A DNA stretch of 64,000 nt, from positions 1-64,000 of the IMG/VR virus record IMGVR_UViG_3300012012_001194; one strand, given 5' to 3'. The position numbers were made by a program, and so were the translations under genes. This stretch comes from a virus. Position 1 is the stretch's first letter. Each line of letters begins with the position of its first letter. The notes beneath the pieces were generated by a model. The model made no database searches, was not told the DNA's origin, and saw only the letters and a list, made by a program, of their open reading frames with translations. This document shows positions 1 through 10,143 of this stretch, in pieces.

Positions 1-34
1 TGGAGCTGGAGCTGGAGCTGGAGCTGGAGCTGCT
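1..34 (-). repeat. (GAGCTG)n hexamer repeat encoding a poly-serine tract
   Basis: tggagctggagctggagctg... reads AGC TCC AGC TCC (Ser) in the frame of the 1..1630 ORF. Confidence 0.9.
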
Positions 35-1630
35 AATAGGGATAGGTATTAATGTTGACCAGTAATCCGCTGCGTAAAATATATTAAGCCTGTACTGGAC
101 GTTGGTTCCTGAGGTCTGGTTTATATCTTTTTGGAAATCAATGGTATACCAAGTCCCACCTGCAAGCCCAGATATAGGAGGGCTCTTAGCAGCTAGTATC
201 CAGCTTAGCCCTGCCCAGCGATATACCTCTAGGCGCTTTGATGATAAATTAAATACACCAATTATGTATGCTTTAATGTATTTATTACACGATTCTGAGT
301 ACACAGTGCAGTAGTCTAGTATTACTCCAGCAGTTCCAGTAGTTGTTGCGGAGGAGAACGCAAACGATACGGACACTCTATTACCCATTGTAGATACTAG
401 CGGATAATCTCTTTGGTAAACATGGCTGTCATTAGATGGGTCGTTCCATACTGCAGCAAACCTAGACCCGGTGTTGTATACCGCCAGACCATTAGAGTCC
501 GGCCCAGCAGGAAACCCTCTATGGAAGGTTGTATCTTTATAAAAGTATGTGCTGTTAATAAATTCAAAGTGGCTTGGGGCTTCTTCACTGCCTACTGGTT
601 TATCTAATTCGTCTAAGTATGGCAATAAAGTTGACTCAAGCACACTACTACTTAGCGATGGGTTGTCGGTAATTTCGTTAGAGGTTTCGGCTATGGCGTC
701 TTGATCTCCTGCGGCATCTGCTATCGCTTGGCACACGTCGGTGTATTCATTTGGAAGCTTTCCATTTTGATCTGGTAAGTAGTCATTCTGAGTGCACACC
801 TCCGCCATCCCAAGTGGTATCTCTACGGCCAGACCGGTAATCTGTGTAGATACTATTCGCTTAGCAGATATCTGGTTACTGATGAATGAAAGGCTTATAT
901 TGCCGGAGCAGTCGGGGTATATGTTGTTTAAATACTCTACGCTTATCTTTTTGCAGGACTCGCTTTCAGGCCTACCTTGACACTTGCCGATATACTTCTC
1001 AAATAAGTTAGCTGAGGAATTTTGATTATTTAGCCGAAAGACTATAGCGTTTACTTCTCCAATACCTTGCACATTTCTAGTATCATAACTGATATCTAAG
1101 TCTCCAACTGCTCTTAGTAATACGTCTTTAGTTAAAGCTAAGCTAGCGTCATTTATCGATATAGAACGAACGCTTTCAGACTTATAAGATAGCGCGGCCC
1201 TAGGTGCTAGCAGTGCTTGGCTGACCTTACTAAATCTAGCCGATATGCGGCGCTCCGTTCCTTCGCCAAATACAACCCAACCATAAACCCCGTTAGCAAC
1301 AGGCCTGACTTCATACGGCACTCCAGAGAGCACTGGCTTGGGTAATGACACTACAGCTAATGGAGTAAATTGTGATACTGGGTCCGCTTCGTCAGTAGAG
1401 AGGGTGTAGTTATTGCAGCCTGATATTGTTATCGTAACTATTTTGCTTGTGCAATTAATGCTGCTTACAGCTGCAAACTTAGCCGTTAACTCAGGAAACC
1501 TAAGCCTCATATCTACGATTATATCGTGGGGGAATTCAGTACCGTCGTCAGCCTCGCCAGTAGCTTTGTCATCTAGCGGATAGCGTCTTGTTGAGTTCGC
1601 ATTCAGCCAGTTATTGTTTGTTACAGCCAT
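1..1630 (-). CDS. Putative tail fibre/baseplate-associated protein, runs off the left end (not in the supplied ORF track)
   Basis: ATG at 1630 overlaps the upstream TAA (TAATG). I read the frame by hand and found no stop down to base 2. Starts MAVTNNNWLNANSTRRYPLDD, like WLNSNSQRSYPL of 2982..3926, and is poly-Ser at the window edge. Confidence 0.85.
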   Translation of the reverse strand, partial: MAVTNNNWLNANSTRRYPLDDKATGEADDGTEFPHDIIVDMRLRFPELTAKFAAVSSINCTSKIVTITISGCNNYTLSTDEADPVSQFTPLAVVSLPKPVLSGVPYEVRPVANGVYGWVVFGEGTERRISARFSKVSQALLAPRAALSYKSESVRSISINDASLALTKDVLLRAVGDLDISYDTRNVQGIGEVNAIVFRLNNQNSSANLFEKYIGKCQGRPESESCKKISVEYLNNIYPDCSGNISLSFISNQISAKRIVSTQITGLAVEIPLGMAEVCTQNDYLPDQNGKLPNEYTDVCQAIADAAGDQDAIAETSNEITDNPSLSSSVLESTLLPYLDELDKPVGSEEAPSHFEFINSTYFYKDTTFHRGFPAGPDSNGLAVYNTGSRFAAVWNDPSNDSHVYQRDYPLVSTMGNRVSVSFAFSSATTTGTAGVILDYCTVYSESCNKYIKAYIIGVFNLSSKRLEVYRWAGLSWILAAKSPPISGLAGGTWYTIDFQKDINQTSGTNVQYRLNIFYAADYWSTLIPIPISSSSSSSSSSS

Positions 1631-2970
1631 TATAGTTTAAGCCCCAGTGAGTAAGGCTCCCCTGTAGATACTATTTCGTCATTACCGTCCAATACGGCCT
1701 GCGCATTTATTAAGATTAAATCGCCGTCAGCGGGGTCTATTACCGTAGCGGTAAACCTAACCTTAGCTGACTTACCAGGTTTTAAACTATCCCACCTAAA
1801 TATATAGTTAGGCCATTCTCCTTCTGGGATAACCTCTGTAGGACTGGATGCATCTGTTGGGTACCATACGACAGATTCTATGTCGCCCAGGTTTTCTCCA
1901 GAGCTAAGATCTACCTCTAACCTGATAGGGCCTATGGTAACTTGAGACACATTACAAAAAGAAGCTAGTATAGAAGTTTTAGCCCCCTCAAGAGGTAACG
2001 CAAATATTCTAATAGCGTTATTTTCTCTACAGGTCCTAGCAGCTGACCATCTTTCTTGATTTGCATAATGCTGCCCCCTAACTGTCATAGACCTGTTGCC
2101 AATGGCTTTAAACTTTGTATGCAGCCTTCTTATGCCTTCATATGTCTTAACGAAGTCATTACACTCACAGCACGGGCTGCAGTTGTTGTTAAAATCAATT
2201 TGGCCAGTCGTTGTTGCTGTATAATCGGTAGCGTCCCCTGTTCCTTCTAGTCCAGTCCAGTAACACTCTTTTGTAGCGATTGATATATTACCATAAGAGT
2301 CGGGCTTTATCCCGTTAACGGTTTTAATGCCCCCTTGAATACAATCTTCTGGGCACTCAGGAAAGAGTCCGGTGCCAGTACCGGGCGTGGCTGCTATTTG
2401 AACTCTGTTTACCTTTCTTTTGCCCTCTACGCTAGTAGCCCCTAATAAGCTGAATACTAAGTTATTACCTCCGACTAAGTTAATGTCTCCTGCTATCTCT
2501 ACTGCTCCGAGTTTTATTTTATTTACCTTTATAACGTCTCTAAGATAAGTCCGCTCGTCTAGCACGGCGCTGATAGGAACAAACGAACTGCTCCCTTCTG
2601 ACGATGAACTTGATGAGCTTGTAGCTTCAATTACTGTATCCGAGTATTGCACGACAGTTAGTACAGCGCTGTTATTACGCCATACATAAACTAACCGATG
2701 GCTGCCCCAGGTTGAGATGTCGCTGTCGATTGCATTTAGCGTAGAGAATACTAGAACGTTTCCGTTGTCTCTTATCTCCACTAATGAGTTTGCTGGGTTA
2801 TTAGCGTTAAATCCGGAAACTAAAGAAACTCTTAATGGTAGAGCAAACTCACCTTCATAGCAAAGGTGCAAGTCTTCAAACAGCCCTTTTATGTCTGGGG
2901 ATGGTTTAACAAATGGAAAGTCTGTCCCATTTGGAAAGAAGCCAGAGCCGTAGTTTGATGCTACCGACAT
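1630..2970 (-). CDS. Putative tail fibre/baseplate structural protein with Cys cluster and Ser tract
   Basis: 446 aa, beta-rich; motifs IKTVNGIKPDSYGNISI and CSPCCEC shared with the neighbouring gene; lies downstream of baseplate genes. Confidence 0.6.
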   Translation of the reverse strand: MSVASNYGSGFFPNGTDFPFVKPSPDIKGLFEDLHLCYEGEFALPLRVSLVSGFNANNPANSLVEIRDNGNVLVFSTLNAIDSDISTWGSHRLVYVWRNNSAVLTVVQYSDTVIEATSSSSSSSEGSSSFVPISAVLDERTYLRDVIKVNKIKLGAVEIAGDINLVGGNNLVFSLLGATSVEGKRKVNRVQIAATPGTGTGLFPECPEDCIQGGIKTVNGIKPDSYGNISIATKECYWTGLEGTGDATDYTATTTGQIDFNNNCSPCCECNDFVKTYEGIRRLHTKFKAIGNRSMTVRGQHYANQERWSAARTCRENNAIRIFALPLEGAKTSILASFCNVSQVTIGPIRLEVDLSSGENLGDIESVVWYPTDASSPTEVIPEGEWPNYIFRWDSLKPGKSAKVRFTATVIDPADGDLILINAQAVLDGNDEIVSTGEPYSLGLKL

Positions 2971-2981
2971 TACTTCTCCCT

Positions 2982-3926
2982 TTATAAGCAGCTTCCACTA
3001 TCGCCAATACGGCTGCCTAACACGGTTAAATTCATACGATTAACCGAGCCCTCTAATCTGTTTAAGAAGTTAGTAAGGCTAGTGGCTGACTCTCCAAACC
3101 TAACTAGATCAGTAGTCACTGCTTCGAGCTCAGTACACCCGCAACACGGCTTTGAGCAGGTATCGGTAAGTTGTAGCCCATTAGCGACCGCTGTGATGCT
3201 AAGGCAAGAGTCTCCAACAAAGGATAAGTCTCCCCCCTCGGTTGGTTCCGTTCCGTTGATGGTTCGAATACAACTTGGAATGTCGTCATCGTCTTCGCAG
3301 TTACAATCCACAGTCAGCCCTTCACCTTTTATTGCATTAAAAGTTATGCTGGTGACTCCGTCTACTGTAGAAGACTCTAGCAGCATGTTGCTTCCAGCTA
3401 CAAAAGCTATATCGCCTTGTAGCCGTTTTGTAGTTGTGGATCCATTGACTAAAGTGATACTACTAACTCCACGAAGCATAAGTCTTATAGCATCAGAGTC
3501 TACGTTGGCGGCGTTGTAGGTGAAGTCATATGCTCCGGCTGGCAGACTACTAAGCTCATCTAGTTTTCCTAGTACAACTTTTCCAGCGCAGTCTAGAAAA
3601 TCTCCTTCGCCTATTAGAGAGTAAGTCTTATATTCTGAGTGTGATGAGAAGGCTATAGTGGTTGATGCTACAGTTATTCCTGAAACGTTATCCCAATACC
3701 CCAGCACAATGTTCAGCCCAGTAGAGAACACGGAAAGCGACCTTATATAAAACCGCTCAGGGAAGGCTACTAAACCAGTATGTATTGGAAAGTACAGCCC
3801 TAGAATAAGACTGTCAGGCATGGTAAAGGTCCCAGTCGTATCAACCTTGGAAGCGGTTTCTACAAGGGGGTAGCTTCTCTGACTGTTAGAATTGAGCCAC
3901 TCTAGGTTCCAAATGCCTACGACCAT
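2982..3926 (-). CDS. Putative tail fibre/baseplate structural protein, paralogous to flanking genes
   Basis: 314 aa; WLNSNSQRSYPL N-terminus, IRTINGTEPTEGGDLSF, CSKPCCGC, then a coiled-coil-like C-terminus. Confidence 0.6.
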   Translation of the reverse strand: MVVGIWNLEWLNSNSQRSYPLVETASKVDTTGTFTMPDSLILGLYFPIHTGLVAFPERFYIRSLSVFSTGLNIVLGYWDNVSGITVASTTIAFSSHSEYKTYSLIGEGDFLDCAGKVVLGKLDELSSLPAGAYDFTYNAANVDSDAIRLMLRGVSSITLVNGSTTTKRLQGDIAFVAGSNMLLESSTVDGVTSITFNAIKGEGLTVDCNCEDDDDIPSCIRTINGTEPTEGGDLSFVGDSCLSITAVANGLQLTDTCSKPCCGCTELEAVTTDLVRFGESATSLTNFLNRLEGSVNRMNLTVLGSRIGDSGSCL

Positions 3927-3953
3927 TAGCTTCGACCTCCATGTCGTAAGTTC

Positions 3954-5765
3954 TTAGTACAGTACAGCAACGGCTTCAATCAAGCCAACCTCGCCAGCGT
4001 AGCCATCAGAGGCTAACCTGTTAATCGAGAAGAAAACTATGTCTTGGCCGCTTATGCCTGTAATTGCAGAGCTGTCGATATCGATGTACTCGTCAGCAGC
4101 CAGCGTCGTGCTGGTGCTTATAGCAAGCCCTGTGTCTGTTGTTGGTAAGCTTTCTGGGGACCCAGAAGTTTTAGAAAGTACTCTGTAGCTAGCTGTGAGC
4201 GACGGAATAGTTCCAGCCGATCTTCCTAAAACTCTAAGCCTTAACTTTAGGCTTGGAGTATCTGGAAACGCGTCTTCATGAGGAAGCAAAACCTTAAGTC
4301 TAATAGAACTAGCTTGTACTGGCGGAAGGGCTAGGTACATTATTTCGTTGTAGTATCTCTCTTTAGCGTCGCTAAGCCTTACTATTTGCGGTTGTATAAT
4401 CCTCTCAGATGGCTCTATATTAGCTCTTATGGTAACGATGCCTTGATGGAGAGTGTCCCCATCATCAAGTCTGCTAAATGTTGAGGTGATGGTTACGCTA
4501 TTATCTGCCGCCTTAAGGCCCTCGATAACTCTGCCCCTTTTAAACTTACCACCTACTACGTTCTTGAAGGCTAAGGAGCCTAACTCTGTGTTGCTGTCAA
4601 TCGCTAGGCCTAGGTCTACCCCTATCTTAAGTGCTCCGGTGTTGGCCGGTTTATTATCATAGCACCCGATAATGCTGATGCCGCTTCCTGGGATTGGGTC
4701 CAAGCTTGTCACTACGGTCTTGTCCACCCCGTAAGACGACTTAACAAACCGAAGTAGTAGCTTCCTAGTTATGTCCCTAGGGCACTCAGCTGGGGATAGT
4801 GATGATCCTGACATGGATGATACCGATAGTGAAGAGCTAGACCCTAAGCTTTGGTAAGCCCACGGTACATCGTTGTAGCAGTCAGACATCCACCATATAC
4901 CGTTTATGTCTATATATACTAGGCCGCTAAGGCCCATAGGTAGCTCAACTCCGTTTCCATCGCCTTCGCTTTTAAATAGAGTCACACTTGAAGACTCTGC
5001 TGGCATGGGAGGGAATACATTATATAGGGCGGTGTGGGTTTTTAAGTTATACCCAAATGTCGCTTTTGTTGGTGCAAGGCCTTGAAATGAACTATCGTCG
5101 GCAGGAAGCCAGCCTTGCATTGTGCTGTCAACATTGATGATGCTATGTCTCCCGTTAACTTCAGGAGTTGGGGAGTCACCGCACGGAGTTAAATAGAGAT
5201 CAAATTCGTAATGTACATGATTAGACGGCCCGTCTCTAAGCTGAGGTTGAACAAATACAATACCATCTCCGTCATAGTGAAGCACAGCTACGTCAGCTAT
5301 TGCAGGGCTTTTTGATAGCTTTCCCTTTACTTTACCTGAAAGAAAGTAACGACCTGGCTCGGCTGCCGAATTATCATCAATGACTGAGGATATATTGATA
5401 GCGCCCCTGCCTACTAATAAGATGTCTGCAATCTCAGCGCCGTGCTTGTACAACACAACCCCTAGCACATCCGATAGTGGAGACGTCTCCAATGTTCTTG
5501 TCTGCTGATTGAATTCAAATCCAGCCAGCGCTCGTTCAAATCTAGACCTAGGTCCGTTCCAGCATACTGCCATGCCTACGGTTAAGTCAGGCTCCACGGC
5601 AGAGTCATATGCAACAAGGGCCTCCTTGTTCTCAATACCGTCAACACGGTCTTTGAGATACTGGGCCTGCCCTTCCAATGCTCGAGTTGGTCGGCTATCA
5701 ACTTTAGCCTCAATAGGCTCGCCGTCACGAACATGCTCAACTTTATTTGTCCAAGATGAAGACAT
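3954..5765 (-). CDS. Putative tail fibre/baseplate protein
   Basis: 603 aa; N-terminal RPTRALEGQAQYLKDRVD resembles fibre-attachment helices; Ser-rich linker; synteny. Confidence 0.55.
   Translation of the reverse strand: MSSSWTNKVEHVRDGEPIEAKVDSRPTRALEGQAQYLKDRVDGIENKEALVAYDSAVEPDLTVGMAVCWNGPRSRFERALAGFEFNQQTRTLETSPLSDVLGVVLYKHGAEIADILLVGRGAINISSVIDDNSAAEPGRYFLSGKVKGKLSKSPAIADVAVLHYDGDGIVFVQPQLRDGPSNHVHYEFDLYLTPCGDSPTPEVNGRHSIINVDSTMQGWLPADDSSFQGLAPTKATFGYNLKTHTALYNVFPPMPAESSSVTLFKSEGDGNGVELPMGLSGLVYIDINGIWWMSDCYNDVPWAYQSLGSSSSLSVSSMSGSSLSPAECPRDITRKLLLRFVKSSYGVDKTVVTSLDPIPGSGISIIGCYDNKPANTGALKIGVDLGLAIDSNTELGSLAFKNVVGGKFKRGRVIEGLKAADNSVTITSTFSRLDDGDTLHQGIVTIRANIEPSERIIQPQIVRLSDAKERYYNEIMYLALPPVQASSIRLKVLLPHEDAFPDTPSLKLRLRVLGRSAGTIPSLTASYRVLSKTSGSPESLPTTDTGLAISTSTTLAADEYIDIDSSAITGISGQDIVFFSINRLASDGYAGEVGLIEAVAVLY
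5477..5492. repeat. Dispersed palindrome copy 1 (GTGGAGACGTCTCCAa, 15/16)
   Basis: Inside 3954..5765, read as LETSPL. Confidence 0.9.
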
Positions 5766-5779
5766 CAGTCATACCTCTG

Positions 5780-6370
5780 TTATTTGAACTGCTCGGTCCA
5801 GCTTACTCCTATCTGGCTTGAAGCCTGCTTTAAAACCTGCTGACCTTCAGGGTAGTACTCCCTAGCAAATATAAGATCTCTAGTCCTATCTTCCAACCTT
5901 GGGGTAGCAACCAGAGCCAGCCCAAACACGGTACTATTAGCTCCAACAGAAAATGGCTTCCCATGTACGCCAGCGCTTCCCGTTGTTTGAGCAAAGAACG
6001 TAAGCTGATTTACCACTACGGACGCCCCTTCATAACCGCTTATAAGAGATGCCTTTGGGCTTGATATCAGCTGCAGTCTTAGGAAGTCTCTATCTGCACT
6101 GGCTGAGAGCGCAGAGTAGTACTCTATGCCATCAGCCCTATCAAATGCAGGGGCAGATACCACATCGCCAGGGGATGCTACGTTCTCAAATTCAATGTAC
6201 ATTGCGCTTATCTTGTACTCTTCCTTGCCTTCACCAAAGAGCTTGCAAGCTATCTCGCCCCAAGTCCACTGGATCTGGTTATGGAATGACGCCCCTGGAA
6301 TCCACAGCCCTGCGCTGTTGATTTCATATGACCTTATAAACCCATTTACTTCCGCTATTTTATTAGCCAT
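5780..6370 (-). CDS. Putative baseplate/fibre-attachment protein
   Basis: 196 aa; located between the wedge-like gene and the fibre-like genes. Confidence 0.5.
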   Translation of the reverse strand: MANKIAEVNGFIRSYEINSAGLWIPGASFHNQIQWTWGEIACKLFGEGKEEYKISAMYIEFENVASPGDVVSAPAFDRADGIEYYSALSASADRDFLRLQLISSPKASLISGYEGASVVVNQLTFFAQTTGSAGVHGKPFSVGANSTVFGLALVATPRLEDRTRDLIFAREYYPEGQQVLKQASSQIGVSWTEQFK

Positions 6371-6377
6371 CGTAACC

Positions 6378-7856
6378 TCATGAACACTGGCTGCTTATCG
6401 ATTTAATCGTAACGGCTGAATTTAACAGAACTAAGGAGATATACTCCTCAACCGTCTCGGCTCCCGTGTACCCATCGGCACTCGATGATTGTACATTAAA
6501 AGCACTATCTATAGCGAGTGGAGCTTCAAAAATGAAGAACACCCCATTACCTAGTGCCACTAAGTCCGGCACTATGTCTAACCTAGGTATCTTCTTTGAC
6601 ACTTCCTCTGCCCTTACAGTTACTAAGGTTATTCCACCCGGTATAACCTCGTCAATTAAGAATTGTAAGGGATTGATGCTGGTAGGCAAGCTCTCAGCCT
6701 CGGGCTCCCCTACTTTAACAGGCCTTAAATCCAGCCCTTGGGCTATGGTCTTCCCCTGCGCTATTCCGTTTCTATGAACGACGTCCCAGAAGTGTTCCAC
6801 ATCAAAAGGGTGGCCCCCCACTTCAAAGCTCAGCTCGGTAATGTCGTCTCTAGTGGTTATATTAGTAGGGACTGTGCTATTTGTAAATGTAAGGTCATGC
6901 GCAAACTGATTGCTTATAAACCCGCTTCCAAGGGTAATAGCGTTGATGCCGGAAATATCTGATCCGCTTCTAAGCTCTTGAATCCTTAGCCCAGTGGATA
7001 AGCTTGTACCGGCTATTACTTCGTCGCCTACTGATACCGAAGCAGATGATTTTGGAGACAAGAAGTATACATTCTTATCTGTAATCAAGACCTTGCGGCC
7101 GACGTTATGGATCCGCTCAACAACCTCGCTAGTTTTGGCCACGGGAGCCTGCAAAGAGTGCCCTAATATATTGGCCAGCCGGCCGGAAGACATTCCAAGG
7201 ATTAAACAATCATAGATATTATTAATGAGCTGCTTATAGTCTTCGCCTGAGTTGCCATCAACGCCTATTGGAAGGCCGTAAATTTGCTGAATAGACTTTA
7301 AATCAAATTTAGCATTATGTAGCCATAACGCCAGCTCCGTATCGGAGTTACCATCAGCGTCTATAACATCTTTAATGGCAAATCGGCCGTCTGAGAAAGG
7401 GTTAGCCTTAAAGACAATTCTATTGGCCACCGAATCTATAGTGAAATCAAGCCCTTCATATAGGCTAGCCGATGGGCCGCTTGTTCTGTTGTATATTTGA
7501 CTGACACCGGACAAGTTGTCTGTAAGCGTCCATGAGGCTCCCGACGTCTGCCCATACACCAGTCCCTGCCCACCGTATGCGCCGCCGCCACCAAACACGC
7601 CCTCTACACTTATACCTTTGCTCTTCAAGATAGGAAAATAGCTCCAAGTCTTTACTTTAAAAGGGCTTATAGAGAATCTGCTTTTGCTCTTTTCTGCTTC
7701 TCGCCAAGTCGAAAATGAAGCCTGCCAAAGCGTATTTCTAGCGTCAACCAAGTCTTCAACTTGGTCTTTGCCTTCGTAAACTTCAATCCAGTAACTACCT
7801 GCTAGTGCCCTTACGTCTTCGGCCTTATCCAGGTAGGTCTTAGGGTACTTAAACAT
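6378..7856 (-). CDS. Putative baseplate wedge protein
   Basis: 492 aa; GGAGG RBS; first structural-looking gene after baseplate J once the protease cassette is skipped. Confidence 0.5.
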   Translation of the reverse strand: MFKYPKTYLDKAEDVRALAGSYWIEVYEGKDQVEDLVDARNTLWQASFSTWREAEKSKSRFSISPFKVKTWSYFPILKSKGISVEGVFGGGGAYGGQGLVYGQTSGASWTLTDNLSGVSQIYNRTSGPSASLYEGLDFTIDSVANRIVFKANPFSDGRFAIKDVIDADGNSDTELALWLHNAKFDLKSIQQIYGLPIGVDGNSGEDYKQLINNIYDCLILGMSSGRLANILGHSLQAPVAKTSEVVERIHNVGRKVLITDKNVYFLSPKSSASVSVGDEVIAGTSLSTGLRIQELRSGSDISGINAITLGSGFISNQFAHDLTFTNSTVPTNITTRDDITELSFEVGGHPFDVEHFWDVVHRNGIAQGKTIAQGLDLRPVKVGEPEAESLPTSINPLQFLIDEVIPGGITLVTVRAEEVSKKIPRLDIVPDLVALGNGVFFIFEAPLAIDSAFNVQSSSADGYTGAETVEEYISLVLLNSAVTIKSISSQCS

Positions 7857-8006
7857 GCGCCTCCCTCATGATTAGGGATTTGCATTATCACATATTTTAC
7901 GAACGAATGAAACCAGCTTTTCCAAGCCATCTTTAGTAAAGTCCTTAGCTGATAGGGTAAAACTGTCAGGCGCCTCTATTTGTTTGCCGCTTGACCGGCT
8001 GCTCAG

Positions 8007-8927
8007 CTACTTGGCTTCTCTAACTGCGCTTTTTGGTTCAATTAGGCCCCACCCGTAAGTTGAGTCATATCCTGGGGAGCCTGCATCTAGAGCTGTTTTA
8101 AAGAAAGTTGTGGAGATTTCTTTAAGCAACTGCTTGTATTTAACGTTTTCTGCTTTAAGCGCTGACAGTACTAGTGCAAGCACGCCAGCTACGAAGGGGG
8201 TAGCCATTGAAGTTCCAGACAACTTAGCGTAACCAGTAGGCGGCCAGCACGAAGACACATCAACGCCAGGCGCTGCGATGTCTACCTTTCCTCGGCTAGA
8301 GAACATGGCGGCTAGGTTCTTTTTATTTACAGCGGCTACTGAGATACACTCTTTCATATTAGCCGGGTAGCCTGTAGTTCCTTGGCTTGGGCCTTCGTTG
8401 CCTGCGGCTGCCACTATAAAGCAGCCCTTAGAGTAGGCAAACTTTATTGCTTCTTTTATGCGCTTATCTAAAGATGAGGAGCCTAGGCTCATAGATATGA
8501 TGTCAGCACCTTCTGACACAGCCCACCGGATACCCTTTGCTATCCAATCAGCTGACCCTGATCCCGAGTCGTCTAATACTTTACCAATAAGTAGCTTAGC
8601 GTCAGGAGCTACGCCTATGATTCCGCTTTTATTCTTGTTTGCGGCTATGACTCCGGCACAGTGAGTTCCGTGGCCGTTAGTGTCGTAAGGCCCTGAGTTA
8701 GACTTACTGAAGTCTTGCGTAGCTATAATCTGACCAGCTAAGTCAGGGTGCTTGTCTGCTACGCCTGTATCGAGCACTGCGACCTTGATGCCCTTTCCTG
8801 AGGAGTCTGTCCAGATGTCGGGAATACTGTTAGCCCTTAGGCCCCAATCTATTGTCTCGGAGCAGGTCATAGACAGGCTTTCCACCGTGAATGGCGGAAT
8901 CTTGAATGGAAGCTTCTTAGTAGCCAT
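8007..8927 (-). CDS. Subtilisin-like serine protease (peptidase S8)
   Basis: Catalytic motifs VAVLDTG, HGTHCAG, oxyanion AAAGN and SGTSMATP. Confidence 0.97.
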   Translation of the reverse strand: MATKKLPFKIPPFTVESLSMTCSETIDWGLRANSIPDIWTDSSGKGIKVAVLDTGVADKHPDLAGQIIATQDFSKSNSGPYDTNGHGTHCAGVIAANKNKSGIIGVAPDAKLLIGKVLDDSGSGSADWIAKGIRWAVSEGADIISMSLGSSSLDKRIKEAIKFAYSKGCFIVAAAGNEGPSQGTTGYPANMKECISVAAVNKKNLAAMFSSRGKVDIAAPGVDVSSCWPPTGYAKLSGTSMATPFVAGVLALVLSALKAENVKYKQLLKEISTTFFKTALDAGSPGYDSTYGWGLIEPKSAVREAK

Positions 8928-8928
8928 A

Positions 8929-9282
8929 TTACTTATCCTCGGTCTTTGGATAGTTGTTCTCGATCCATTTTACGACTAACTTAATAAGAACGGGCAGCAG
9001 CCACACAGGTATATCAAAAGCTGCTGTAGATGGTTTTCGCTTACCCTCAACCAGCTTCTCAAGAGTCTGCCCTACCACCTTCTTAGAGACTTTCGAACCT
9101 CTGATGGCCTTGGTTGAATAGGAGTCTGCAGCGTACTTCATGAGGTAGGCGGACACTTCCATGGCCGCATAGATAGCTTTCCACTTATCAAAGGCGGTCT
9201 TCCCCGTTAGCATGTCAGCCAAAGTCTTAGCAGCTGCGAATGGAAAGTCAGAGAACTTTACTGAGAATGGTTTTGCTGCCAT
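8929..9282 (-). CDS. Hypothetical protein with hydrophobic C-terminal helix
   Basis: 117 aa, tightly packed in operon; IPVWLLPVLIKLVVKWI. Confidence 0.7.
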   Translation of the reverse strand: MAAKPFSVKFSDFPFAAAKTLADMLTGKTAFDKWKAIYAAMEVSAYLMKYAADSYSTKAIRGSKVSKKVVGQTLEKLVEGKRKPSTAAFDIPVWLLPVLIKLVVKWIENNYPKTEDK

Positions 9283-9285
9283 GGC

Positions 9286-9690
9286 TTATCCCTCTATAGC
9301 GTCTAGTATGGTTTGAACGTCGTTTTCATCTATCATGCTGGCTGCTTCAGATATAGCCTGCTCAATCAAAGTAATAGCTGGGTCACCAGCTACGCCTTTT
9401 GGTATCTTCACACCCTTGTCTTTAACTCCTGCCCTGATGATCTTCCTTATCTTAATCTTATCTAGAAGGCCTGGTTTTCTGATTCGGTTAAGCGCTTCTT
9501 TGGGGGTATTCTTGCATATCTGGTTTAGCCTTATGAGGTTTACAAGGATCGATACAAGCGCCGAGATAACCACAACTGTACTTATCACAAACCCTTTGGC
9601 ATCTAGCTTGTCTTTAAGGCTTGGGGCTATCTTGTCAGCTAGTTGGTTTACATTATTCATTAGGACCTTCCTTAGTGGAGACGTCTCCAC
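9286..9690 (-). CDS. Hypothetical single-pass membrane protein
   Basis: 134 aa; hydrophobic FVISTVVVISALVSILVNLI; start may be this GTG or the internal ATG (MNNVNQ). Confidence 0.7.
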   Translation of the reverse strand: METSPLRKVLMNNVNQLADKIAPSLKDKLDAKGFVISTVVVISALVSILVNLIRLNQICKNTPKEALNRIRKPGLLDKIKIRKIIRAGVKDKGVKIPKGVAGDPAITLIEQAISEAASMIDENDVQTILDAIEG

Positions 9691-9692
9691 TA
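9673..9692. repeat. Dispersed palindrome copy 2 (perfect 20-mer TAGTGGAGACGTCTCCACTA)
   Basis: Sits at the junction of 9693..9890 and 9286..9690 and contains the predicted GTG start. Confidence 0.95.
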
Positions 9693-9890
9693 CTATTTGA
9701 AGTTACATAACTTACATTTACACTGAGCGCACGAGCAGGCCCCGTGGCAACTTACTGGCGGCTTGTCGCCGTCGCAGCAGCGGTCGTAGGTCTTAGTAGC
9801 CAGAACAGCGCCTATTACAGCTCCGACGCCCAGAATGGTCAATACCTCTAGGAACTGTATGAAGCTTTTAATTGTCTTTTTAAAGTTCAT
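9693..9890 (-). CDS. Small membrane protein with Cys-rich C-terminus
   Basis: 65 aa; N-terminal TM segment followed by 8 Cys. Confidence 0.65.
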   Translation of the reverse strand: MNFKKTIKSFIQFLEVLTILGVGAVIGAVLATKTYDRCCDGDKPPVSCHGACSCAQCKCKLCNFK

Positions 9891-9926
9891 TGTTTAACTG
9901 GCATACCGCCAGTACCTTTACTACCG

Positions 9927-10133
9927 TCAGCAGCTTGTAGGTTTCTTAGCCCGCCTAGGAATGTAGCTTTGATTTGTGTATTTATCTTCTACTACTGGCT
10001 CTTTGTCTTTTATTATTAAAGCCTTTGAAGGAGCAAGTAAATCAAACGATGCCTTATCCAACTTAATAGTTTGATAAGGCATCAGGGTAGCTAAAATGAT
10101 GTATAGCATGTCCGGCCTTGCCTTGTATATCAA
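9927..10133 (-). CDS. Small hypothetical protein
   Basis: 68 aa; fills the gap in the operon; start uncertain. Confidence 0.45.
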   Translation of the reverse strand: MIYKARPDMLYIILATLMPYQTIKLDKASFDLLAPSKALIIKDKEPVVEDKYTNQSYIPRRAKKPTSC

Positions 10134-10143
10134 GGCTTTAAAG

